A stretch of 64,000 nt of DNA from Chiloscyllium plagiosum. Lineage: Eukaryota. Position 1 is the first letter of the stretch, and each line of letters begins with the position of its first letter. The translations under genes and the position numbers were made by a program. The stretch spans positions 51,461,400-51,525,399 of the forward strand of contig NC_057728.1 of assembly GCF_004010195.1 (NCBI RefSeq). Reading direction: 5' to 3'. Under the pieces are notes generated by a model. That model was not told the origin of the DNA. It saw only the letters and a list, made by a program, of their open reading frames with translations, and ran no database searches. Positions 39,780 through 51,330 of the stretch are shown here, in pieces.

Positions 39780-40928
39780 TAGACAATAGACAATAGGTGC
39801 AGGAGTAGGCCATTCTGCCCTTCGAGCCAGCACCACCATTCATTACAATCATGGCTGATCATCCTCAATCAGTATCCTGTTCCTGCCTTATCCCCATAAC
39901 CCTTGATTCCACTATCCTTAAGAGCTCTATCCAACTCTTTCTTGAAATTATCCAGAGACTTGGCCTCCACAGCCTTCTGGGGCAGAGCATTCCACACACT
40001 CACCACTCTCTGGGTGAAGAAGTTTCTCCTCAACTCTGTTCTAAGTGGCATAACCCTTATTTTTAAACTGTGTCCTCTGGTTCGGGACTCACCCATCAGT
40101 GGAAGCATGCTTCCTGCCTCCAGAGTGTCCAATACTTTAATAATCTTTTACGTCTCAATCAGATTCCCTCTCAGCCTTCTAAACTCAAGCGTGTACAAGC
40201 CCAGTCGCTCCAATCTTTCAGTGTAAGATAGTCCCGCCATTCCGGGAATTGACCTCGTGAACCTACGCTGCACTCCCTCAATAGCCAAATTTCCTCAAAT
40301 NNNNNNNNNNNNNNNNNNNNNNNNNNNNNNNNNNNNNNNNNNNNNNNNNNNNNNNNNNNNNNNNNNNNNNNNNNNNNNNNNNNNNNNNNNNNNNNNNNNN
40401 NNNNNNNNNNNNNNNNNNNNNNNNNNNNNNNNNNNNNNNNNNNNNNNNNNNNNNNNNNNNNNNNNNNNNNNNNNNNNNNNNNNNNNNNNNNNNNNNNNNN
40501 NNNNNNNNNNNNNNNNNNNNNNNNNNNNTCAGCAAATTTGCTAATATTACTTTTAATACCATAATCTATATCATTAATTTATATTGTAAAAAACTGCGGT
40601 CCCAACACTGATCCCTGCGGCACCCCATTGGTCACCGCCTGCCATTTTGAAAGGGAGCCATTTATCACTACTCTTTGTTTCCTGTCAGCCAACCAATTTT
40701 CAATCCATGTCAGTATTTTGCCCCTAATACCCTAATTTTGCTCACGAACCGCCTATGTGGGACTTTATCAAAGGCTTTCTGAAAATCCAGGTATACTACA
40801 TCCACTGGATCTCCCTTGTCCATTTTCAGAGTTACATTCTCAAAAAATTTCAGAAGATTAGTCAAGCATGATTTCCCCTTCATAAATCCATGCTGACTCT
40901 GACCTATCCTGTAACTGCTATCCAGATG
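39780..40928 (-). mobile_element. CR1 LINE spanning the assembly gap
   Basis: SRTRGHSLKIR..RRNFFTQRVVSVWNALP; RT-region sequence resumes after the Ns. Confidence 0.88.
40301..40528. other. Assembly gap (228 N)
   Basis: Run of n in the sequence. Confidence 1.
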
Positions 40929-42337
40929 GTTGTGAAACTTCCAAATCAGGAGAGTTTGGTGAGAAGTCTGCAGGTTATTGAACTGGGAAAGTTTAGGCTC
41001 TCAGATGTGTGAAAAGATTGTGTATCCAGACTTGGAAAGGGCTCATTAAATTGTCTCCAAACTCCACAGCAAAGGAATTGTCAAGAGTTAGTTAAGCAGA
41101 AACTTAAGGAGTTGAGGTAGGAGTTGTAATTTCTCTGGACTTGAGTCTTCATAATGGTTAATGTTGAGAAACAGATTGAAACTTTGATTTATTGTTTATT
41201 TTAGATATTTCTAGCTGTCTTCTATATTTAGTTTGATTAATTTTCTTTCATTCTTTTGTGTAATAAACATCTGTTCTGCTGATGAAGAAAATCTGTGGCT
41301 TCAGATATATATAATTCAGTGACTAACCACCACTTTAACTAACTAGCAAAAAGAAAACTGCTGTATCAAGCCATACTTTATTCTAGGATCTGACTTGTAC
41401 AGTTGTGCCATCAACTGGGATCGTAACAGTAATGTCAGTGGACTTATAATTCGAAGTACCATGCTAATTCTGTGGGAACACAGATTCACAGCAGCTGGTG
41501 GAATTTGCATTCAATTAATAAATCTGCATTTGAAAGCTAATGATGACCATGAAACTGTTGTCCATGATTGTAAAGATTGATCAGATTCACTAGCGATTTG
41601 TAGGAAAGCAAATCTGCTGGTTTGGCCTCCTTGTGACTCCAGTTCCACAACAAGGTGTTCACTCGACATGTCTCCGAAATGGCCTAACAGGACACTCAAT
41701 TGAAGGGCAATTACGGATCAGGGAATGTGTCTGAGTGGGTTACTCTTCGGAGGGTCGGTGTGGACTTGTTGGGCCAACGGGCCTGTTTCCACATTGTAGG
41801 GAATCTAATCAAAAAAGAATACTGGCCTTGTCAGTAATACCAACATTCCCTGAAAGAATAAAGGGGGAAAAATATCTGCTGCTTCTTTGAATTGATCAGG
41901 AGTCACAACTTTTAATTCAGCATGGTCTTGATTTTATTGAACATATTGAAATGATTTAGGAAGTTGAGTTGGACAAAACTGGTCTTGTAATTGAGATTTT
42001 ATTCTGTGTGTCAGTTGAAGCTTGATTCAATTGACCGCAGAGTATGTTACTCGTATTTCTTAGGACCTGTGCCTTTTTAAGTGTACCTGTTTCACAGAAC
42101 TGTGGGGGTACAAAGAAAGACTTGCATTTATGAACCTCCTTTCATGATCACTGGGCATCTCAAGATGTTTTACAGCCAACGAAATACTCTGAAGTGTAGT
42201 CATTGCTGCGCTGTAGCAAGCGTGGCACACAAATTGCAGTTCTGTCCTGGGAAGAGCTCAGGGCAGACCAGGGAACACATCACCTCAGCAGAAAGTGAAC
42301 CCACACAAACAGCAATGCGATAAAGACCAGACTATTT

Positions 42338-42665
42338 ATGATGTGGAGATGCCAGTGGTGGACTGGGGTGGACAAAGTTAAAATCACACAACACCAGCTT
42401 AGAGTCCAGCAAGTTTTTTTGGAAGTAGAGAGTATGATGTTGGAAAAGCACAGCCAGTCAGACAGCATCCGAGGAGCAGAAGAATCAATGTTTTGGGAAT
42501 GATTCCTGAATGAAGGGCTGCTGCCTGAAACGTTGATTCTCCTGTTCCTCGGATGCTGTCTGACCGGCTGTGCTTTTCTAGCATCACACTCTCCACTCTG
42601 ATCTCCAGCATCTGCAGACCTCACTTTCTCCAAGCTTTCAGAGTGCTGCTGCTTCAACAGGTACT
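42338..42665. mobile_element. Palindromic hammerhead-family element (about 42428-42632) nested in a second short-element family
   Basis: Inverted arms around ctgaatgaagggctgctgcctgaaacgttgattc; the host element resumes at agctttcagagtgctgctgcttcaacagg. Confidence 0.65.
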
Positions 42666-43139
42666 TTATTGGTGATTATTTTTGATATTGATTGAGGAAT
42701 ACATATTGGCCAGGGTACACAACTTAACAACTCCCTACTCTGCTTTGAAATTGTGCAATGTCACCTTCCATTCTCTGGAAATGACAGGCTAGGCCTTGGT
42801 TTAATGTCTGAAAGCCTATGCCTGTTACACCACAGACTCCATACACTATTCTAGAGCACCAATGTGGATTTCTGTGCTGAAGACCTGGAATGGGACTTGA
42901 ACATGGGACTTTCTAACTCACATACTGCATGGAAGGAGACTGGCTTCTTAAAAAGAGCTTTCAATTTATTTCACTCTCTTGTTATTTCCAAATAGCCTTC
43001 CAAATCCATTCCCCCCTGCTTCTAGTATTGAACAGCAGAACAGGCCTGGGGATCTAAGCAATCTGCTCCTACTCTGGGTGTTCATAGTTCTCCAATTGCC
43101 TTTTAATATAGCTGTTGAATCTGCTTCCACTGTCCTTTC

Positions 43140-46100
43140 AGAGCTTATAGAAAGTGAGGAACTTACAACGATCATCATCATGAGGGAAGAAGTACTGAAC
43201 AAACCAGTAGGATTGAAGGCAGACAGTCCCCAAGGCCTGATGGCCTACATCCTCGGGTCTTAAAGGAAGTGGCAGCAGAGTTAGGGGACCCATTGCTGAT
43301 GATATTCCAAAATTCCATGGGTGCAGGAAAGGTTCCAGTGAATAGAATATGTTATTATAACACTCTTATTCAAAATGGGAGGGAGGCAGAAAGTAGGAGA
43401 CTACAAACCAATTAGTTTAACATGTGACATTGCAAAATCATTAGAACCCATTATTAAGGAAGTAATAACCGGAAATCTTGAAAAGTCAAAATGCAATCCA
43501 TCAGAGTCAGCATGGATTTATGAAGAGTGAATCATATTTGACTATTTGCTACTGTTCTTTGAAGATGTAACAAAAAAGGCTTTGGGATGTAACAAACATG
43601 ATAATAGGGATCCTGTAAATGTTGTCTATCTGGATTTCTAGAAGCTTTTGATAAGGTGCCAGACATAGTTTAATACATGAGAGCAGATCACATGGGGTTA
43701 GAGGTAATTTATTAGTTTAGATGGAGGATTGGCTTACCAACAGAAAGCAGAGAGTTGGGATAAATAGGTCTTTTCCTGGTTAACAAATTGTAATGAGCGG
43801 TTACAGGGTTCAGTCCTTCGGCCTCAACTATTTTCGATGCAATCGTGAGTTGGATGCTTGGGTAGAAAGTACGATAGCCAAATTTACAGATGACACTAAC
43901 ATAGATGGGAAAGTATTTTGCAATGAATAAATAAGAAATTTACAAATGGAGATACATAAGTGAGGTGAATTGGCCAAAATTTAGCAGATGAAGTTTAACA
44001 TGGATAAGTGAGAGGTTATCCATCTTGGTCAGAGGAATAGAAAGACAACTTATTATAAAAAAGGAGAGAAATTTCAGAGTCCTTCAGTGCAGAGGGATGT
44101 GACTGACCTCATGCATGAATTGCAAAACACTAGTATGCAGGTACAGCAGGTAATAAGGAAGGCAAATGGAATTTTATTATTTGTTGTTAGAGGAATAGCA
44201 TTCAAAAATGGGGAAGTGCAATTGTACAAGGCATTAGTGAAACTGCGCCTGGAGTATTTTGTACATTTTTGGCATTACTTGAGAAGGGATATATTAATTG
44301 CATTAGAGGCAGTTCAGAGGATGTTCATAAGATTGATTCCACAGGTGAGAGGATTGTCTTATGAAGTGAGATTTAGGTCTTTACTCTCTGGAATTTGGAA
44401 GAGTGAAAGGGAATCTAACTGAGGTATTTCAGATGCTCAAGGGGATTGACAGAGTAGATATAGAAAAGCTGCTTCCTCATTAGGGGCAATCTGGAATGAG
44501 AGGTTATGGTAGTAGGCAAAGAAGTAACAGATTTAAATGAGAGATGTGGAGAAATTACTTCTCTCAAAGGGCCATGAATCTGCAGAATTCACTCCCCCAG
44601 CGTGTGGTGGATGGAAAATACAGGCAGATTTTTAAATTAGTAACGGTTAAAGGATTATGGAGAGTGGAGTTGAGGTCAGGCTTCAGGGGCTGAATTGCCA
44701 ACTCCTGCTTCAAGTTCTTATATTTTTGCATTCTTACATTCTCATGTTCTTTCAGGCGGTGGATTCCAGATTGTAACAAGTCACTGTCTGAAATAATTCA
44801 CCTCAGCTCCCCCTCCAGCCTTTTTGCCAATTATCTTAAACCTGTGCCTTCCAGTTGCTGACCCAATAGCCTTATTTATACTAGTGGGATTAAGAAATTC
44901 CACCAACTGCTATTGAATTAATGGATCGAAGTCAACTTTATCACCAATGTCTCTAGTTCATCTACAGCCGATATCATTATTATATGGTCAACAAGTTCAA
45001 CTTAGAACCATTGCTGAATTATTTACAAAAATAGTAGTATAATGAGGCACACAGTAGGTTTTTGCAGTATTTGCAACAAAACAGATGAGTTGTCAGTTTA
45101 AATAGAAGCACATATGTTTTGCCGAATAGCCCTTACAGAGCTGTGGGTACAAAAAAACCAAAGCTGGATTTTAGGAAGGACAGGAAATTGGGAAAAGGTG
45201 GTGGATTAGCTCTGTTACTTAAAGAAGGGGGAAAAAATTAGTGCTGTTGTAAGAGTTCATCTACGTTCTAAAGCTGAAGATGGAAAATCAGTTTGGGTGG
45301 AAGAAAGAACAGCAAGATGCATAAGCATGCTGATGGAAGTTGTTTGTTGACTTCCAAGCAACCATAATAATGTAAATCATTGGATAAATCAGGAGATTAG
45401 AGGTGGGAGTTACAAGGGTAAACAAATATCGTGGGAATTCTGACACTGCACAGAGATTTGGTAAATCTAATTACAACTAATGTTGGATTCTTCGATGAAA
45501 TGTGAGATGGCTTTCTAGAGCAACCCATAGGGGAGCTGATGAAGGAGTGGGCTATTTTAGATCTAGTATTGTGCAATGAAAAAGGGCTAAATAATAATCT
45601 TATAAAGGAACATTTATGAAAGGTGTTAGATTTATAAGATGATAGAATTTTGCATTAAGCTTGAAAGCAATATTTCAGTTAGAAGCCGGGTTTTAAATCT
45701 AAACAAAGGAAATTATGATTGTGCTAGGGCAAATTGGCTATGGTGGATTAGAAAACGACATTAAAATGTATGATGGTTGACAGGCAGCATCTAACATTTG
45801 AAGAACAAATGATAGTTTACACTAAAAATAATTCCTTTAACTTTTCAAACACCCAGCAAGGAAATTGTACCTAGCAAGAGAAATCAAGGATAATATTATA
45901 TCAAAGGAAAAGACCTATAAAATTAGTATAAAATAAGGTAAATCTGAAGGTTGGGAGTATTTTATAACTCTGCAAAGAATGACCAAGTAAAATATTGTGA
46001 AAAGGAACATAGAATATGTGAGTTAACTCCTGAGAATTATAAATACGGAGTATACACATTTCTGTAGGTATGGATAAAGGAAAAGATGAACTAAAACAAA

Positions 46101-46260
46101 CAAGGATTCTTTACAAGCAAAGCCTGGAGAATTTATAATGGGGAGTGAGGAAATGACAGAGAATAAATCCTTAATGTCATGAAGAATCTAGGGACTAGTG
46201 TAAACAATATTAACATTAGTGAAACAGATAGTACCAGAGATTTTAATGGGACCTAAAGTA
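43140..46260 (+). mobile_element. Degraded CR1 LINE fragments (RT part 43140-44750; endonuclease part about 45090-46260)
   Basis: QVQQVIRKANGIL..LYKALVKLRLEYFVHFW; degenerate DFQKAFDKVP and KFTDDT; ggtggtggattagctctgtta (GGGVAL-like). Confidence 0.8.
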
Positions 46261-46966
46261 TAATAATTATAAAATCAAAGCTTCATATAGTACAGAAGAG
46301 GCCTTTCAACCTGTCAAGTGTGTACCACCAAAACTGTGCTAAGTCTACGGTAGTCCCACTTGCCCACACTAGGCCCATAGCTTTGAATGCTACAACATTT
46401 CAAGTGTGCTAGGTAAAATCAATGACTGCAGATGCTGGAAACCAGATTTTGGATTAGTGGTGCTGGAAGAGCACAGCAGTTCAGGCAGCATCTGAGGAGC
46501 AAGTGTGCGTCCAAGTACTGTTTAAAGGTTGTGAGGTTACCCATCTCAACTACCGCCAAGGCTGTGTGTTCCAGATTCTCACCACCCTCTAAATTAAACT
46601 CTTGCCTTTCACTTTTAAAGTGCGCTGCCTTGTTTCTGACAGTTCAGCTAAAGGTCTCAGCTGCTTTCTATCCACCCTAACCACCTCCCTCTTAATCTTA
46701 TACATCTCAGTCAGGTCTCCCCTTCAACCTTTGCTGCTCCAAAGAAAGCAACCTGAGTTTATCCTGCCTCTCTTCATTGCTAAAGCACTCCATCCCAGGT
46801 GACATCCTGGTGAATCTCCTCTGTACCACTTCCAGTGGAATCATGTCCTTCCTAGATTGTAGTGACCAGTACTGCACATAATACTCCAGCAGTGGCCAAA
46901 CCAAAATTCTCTCCACCCCCGACATAACCTCCCTGCTCTTATAGTCTGTGCCTCAACTGATAAAGG

Positions 46967-47234
46967 TGGAGAAAAGTGAGCACTGCTGATGCTGGAGACC
47001 AGAGCTGAAAAATATGGTACTGGAAAAGCACAGCAGGCCAGGTAGCATCCGAGGAGCAGGAGAATCGACGTTTCGGGCATAAGCCCTTCTTCAGGAATCC
47101 TGAAGAAGGGCTTATGCCCGAAACGTCGATTCTCCTGCTCCGCGGAATTCCTGAAGAAGAGTTTATGTCCGAAACGTCGATTCTCCTGCTCCTTGGATGC
47201 TGCCTGGCCTGCTGTGTTTTTCCAGCACCACATT
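46967..47234. mobile_element. Palindromic short retroelement with three hammerhead motifs
   Basis: One minus motif (about 47062-47099) and two tandem plus motifs (47095-47132, 47147-47183); direct repeat cctcaactgataaagg at 46951-46966 and 47235-47250. Confidence 0.87.
47095..47132 (+). ncRNA. Minimal type-I hammerhead ribozyme motif (best-formed copy)
   Basis: GAATC-CTGAAGA-A-GGGC-TTAT-GCCC-GAAA-C-GTC-GATTC: stem I GAAUC/GAUUC, stem II GGGC/GCCC, palindromic ACGU stem III. Predicted cleavage 3' of C47127. Confidence 0.65.
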
Positions 47235-48764
47235 CCTCAACTGATAAAGGCAAGGGTCCCATATAGTTCTTAATGACTCCATTAACTTACCCAGCCACCT
47301 TCAAGGATTTGTGGACAAGCAGTCTAAAATCCCTCTGGAATGCAATGTGGGAAAGTATGAGGTTATGCACTTTGGTAGGAAGAATAAAGGTGTAGTCTAT
47401 ATTCTAAATGGGGAAATGCTTTGAAAATCTGAAGTACATAGGACTTACGAGTCCTAGTTCAAGATTCTCTTAAGGTTAACAGGCACTTTTGCCTGAGATG
47501 TTGGTTTTCCTGCTCCTCGGATGCTGCCTGGCCTGCTGTGCTTTTCCAGCACTGCACTCTTGACTCTGGTCTCCAGCATCTGCAGTACTCATTTTTGCCT
47601 AGGCAAGTTCAGTTGTCAGGAAGGCAAATGCAAAGTTAGCATTCATTTCAAGCGGACAAGAATAAAGAGCAGAGATGTACTGCTGAGGCTGCATACGGCA
47701 CTGGTCAGACAGCAATTAGAATATTGTGAGCAGTTTTGGGTCCCGTATCAAAGGAAGGATATTCTGGCATTGGAGAGGGTCCAAATGGGATTTACACAAA
47801 TTATCCTGGGAATGAAAGGCTTGTCATGTGATGAATCCGTTGAGGACACTGGGTCAATACTCAATGGTGTTTAGAAGGATGATGGGGAATCTCATTGAAA
47901 CTTACAGAATACTGAAAGACCTTCATTGAGTGGCCATGGAGATGTTTTCACTAGTAGGAGAGATTAGGGCACAAGGACACAGCCTCAGAGTGAAGGGACG
48001 CTCTTTTAGAACTTAAATGAGGAGGAATTTCTTCAACAGAAGGATGGTTAATCTTTGGAACTCATTACCATGGAAAGCTGTGGAAACCAAGTCACTGATT
48101 GTATTTAAGACAGAGATGGATAGTATCTTGGTTAGGAAGTGGATCAAAGGTTATGGGAGAAGCCAGGAGAATGGGGATGAGAAACATATCAGCCACGATT
48201 GAATCAGCGATCAAGAGCAGACCCAATGGGCTGAATGGCCTAGTTCTGCTCCAATTCCTATGGTGTGTACCTCTGACTTTCCTAATATCCTACCATTTGT
48301 TGAGTACTTCCTTATTACTTCTTCCAAAGTGCATCACCTCACATTTATCAGGCTTAAATTCTATCTACCACTGATCTCCCAATCTCCCACCTGACCAATC
48401 TGTTTATGTCTTCCTGTAACCTTCTTCCCCATTGTAAATCACCAGGGCAATCTTCATGTCATCCGTAAACTTGCCTATCAAACTCACCACCCCACATTCT
48501 CATTGATATCAATTATACATATCACGAACAATAAGGGACCCAGCACTGATCCCTGTGGTATGATATTAGCCTCTACCACCACCCCCTGTCTCCTGCTACT
48601 AAGCCAAATTTGGATCAAATTACCGAGTTACCCTGGATCCCCTGTGGTTTTACCTTCTTTATCAGTTTCCTATGTGTGACCTTGTTAAAGGTCTTCCTAA
48701 AATCCATATAAACACATCAACTGCAGTACTGTCATCAACTTCCTTGGCTACTTCCTCAAACATA

Positions 48765-50370
48765 ACAAATGTCCTGGACGTGATCACCTATATCCCAGCA
48801 TGCTGGAACTGATGGCTGTTGATGCATTGGTATTCATTGTTCACAATTCTATAGATGCTGGATAGTGTGATTCCTGCGGATTTCAGAGTGGCAAATTTAA
48901 CCCCACTGTTTCAGAATGTAGGGAGAGAGTTAAAGGAACTACAGACCTGTTTACTTAACATCCAGTGTGTGGAAAATGCTAGAATTTATAAAATAAAAGT
49001 AAGTATGCTAGTGTTGGGCATAGACAATGTGAATTGATGACAGACATTATGCTTAACGTACCTTTTTGGACATATAACTAGAAGAATAGATTAAGGAGAC
49101 TAGTAAATGTTGTACATTTAGAAATTAAAATCAGAGCACAAGAGATTGGGGAAATGTACAGGCATAGATTGTGAGCTAGTTAATGATAAGAAATCAGAGT
49201 GAGAAAAATTGATTATTTTCAATTTGGCTGGTGGGATATTGCATGCATCAATAGTTGGGCTCTAAACTTTCACAATTTTAGGAATTTGTTTTGGATATGG
49301 CAATTATAGGTAATATTTCTCAGTTTGCATATTACAAAATAAACTGGGTGGAAGTGTGAGTTATGAGAAAGGTACTTCAAGAGCACTTGGAGAGTCTTAC
49401 AGTCATTCAGCACAGAAACAGACCTTTTAGTCCAATCAATCCATGCTGATCATAACCCCAAACTAACCTAGTCCCACCTGCCTGCTCCTGGCCCATATCC
49501 TTCCAAACCTTTCCTATTCATGTACCTATCCAAATGTCTTTTAAACATTGTAATTGTACCCACAGCCGCCACTTCCTCAGGAAGCTCATTCCACACACGA
49601 ACCACCCTCCATCTAAGGCTAAGTGAGTGGGGCAAAAAAATTGACAGATGGAATACTGTGTGGAAAAAAATGAAGATATCTGGTTTGCTGGGAAAATCTG
49701 GAAGATAACATACAAGTAGAGCAAGCATATAGGGAGGCAAGTGATATGTTGGTTATTAGTGCAAAAGGATTTGAGTAAAGAAGTGAAGGTGAATTACTGC
49801 TGTTATATAGACCCTGGGTAAGACCACACCCAGAGGGTTGTGTGCAGTTTTAGTATCCTTACTTATAGAAAGATATACTTATTCATTGAGAGAGTGCGAT
49901 ATATGTTCACCAAACTAAATCCTGAGGTGGAGGGACTCCTCTATTAGGATCATTTAAACAGACTGGAGTTCAAAAGGATGAGAGTTGATTCTCATTCAAA
50001 CATATACAATTTCTACTAGGGGCTGAACAGGGTGGATGCATGAACGATGTTTCCCCTGGTTGGGAAGGTATGTTTAGAATCAGGAGACACGGTCTCAGTA
50101 TAAGTGGTAGGCCATTTAGGACTGAGATGAGGAGTAATTTCTTCACTCAGCGGATGATGAATCTCTGGAATTCCATATCCCAGAGAGCTGTGGAAGCTCT
50201 GTTATTGAGCTTGTTGAAGACAGAGATTCCTGCATATTGAGAACATCAAGGGATATAGAGATAGTGCAGGAAAATGGTATGGAGGTAGAAGATCAGTCTT
50301 GATCTGATTGAATGATGAATTGGGGTTCAATGAACTACCCTTGTTTCTCTTTCTTGTGTTTGAAAGAAAC
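48765..50370 (+). mobile_element. Degraded CR1 LINE with a nested minus-strand CR1 3' end (about 49400-49610)
   Basis: IPADFRVANLTPLF and EMRSNFFTQRMMNLWNS; the inner piece encodes VVRVWNELPEEV on the minus strand. Confidence 0.75.
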
Positions 50371-50997
50371 AAAAAGACACCATTCTTAATTGGGTAATTA
50401 TTACAGCTACTGACTTGGTTCCAGTATGTGTTTTATAATGGTATCTGCACATTGGACTCATTCATTGTCTGAGGTTTGCTCTATAATAGGAATTTAGGAT
50501 TTGTAGGATGAACATTGATGAAACTGAATCTAGATTGCTTTCTACCATCCTGCCAGTTGCAAGCACAACATGAAGATGCTGAAATGCTCATAGTTCCCTT
50601 GTGTTGATAATTCTATAATTTCAATAATTTGTGGACTAGAAAATGTGAGGATGTGGACAGAAAGATTATCACAAAAACCCAATTGCAGTGGTCAAAATGT
50701 TTTTATCTTTTAATTTTAAAGGCTCCTTTAAGCTTCCGGTAAATTTACAGCCTCTGCACACGTGGAAATCTTATCATTAAATAAGATCTTTGCTGTTCTG
50801 GTAATGGTTTCAACTTCATTTTCCTGTCTATGCCTCAGTTTCCCCATCCCATAATCTTCCCCTAACAATCCTCTGGGAGAAAAGAAATGCCCTTGATGGT
50901 AGGCGTCTTAAACTGTGTCCACTCAAACTAGTTCATAATAATGAGGGAATGACTCAATGCAGCCTTTTGGCAGTGGCCATGCCCTGTGAAGAAGTTA

Positions 50998-51330
50998 GGG
51001 TGGCACATTGGCTCAGTGGTCCGCACTGCTGCCTCACAGCACCAGGGAGCCAGGTTCAATTCCAGCCTCGGGGCGACTGTCTGCGTGGAGGTTGCACATT
51101 CTCCCCGTGGCTGCGTGGGTTTCCTCTGGGATGTCTGGTTTCCTCCCACAGTCCAAAGCTGTGCAGGTTAGGTGGATTAGCTATGTTAAATTGCCCTTAG
51201 TGTCCAGGGATGTGCAGACTTGGCAGATTAGCCATGGGATATGCAGGGATAGGATAGGGGAGTCATTCTGGGTGGATGCTCGTGTGGACTGATGGGCTGA
51301 ATAGCTGCTTCGATACTTTTGGGATTCTAT
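50998..51330 (+). mobile_element. tRNA-derived SINE (HE1/V-SINE-like)
   Basis: tggctcagtgg..ggttcaattcc boxes and central domain. Confidence 0.8.

Larger units (their letters stand above)
46285..48760. mobile_element. Nested CR1 cluster: minus-strand CR1 interrupted by a plus-strand CR1 (about 47336-48262) and three short elements
   Basis: LVWPLLEYYVQYWS (minus), LVRQQLEYCEQFW and MRRNFFNRRMVNLWNSLP (plus). Short inserts at 46410-46499, 46967-47234 and about 47486-47600. Confidence 0.8.

Noticed and set aside
40257..40562. ORFs spanning X residues
   Set aside because: Artefacts of the N gap.
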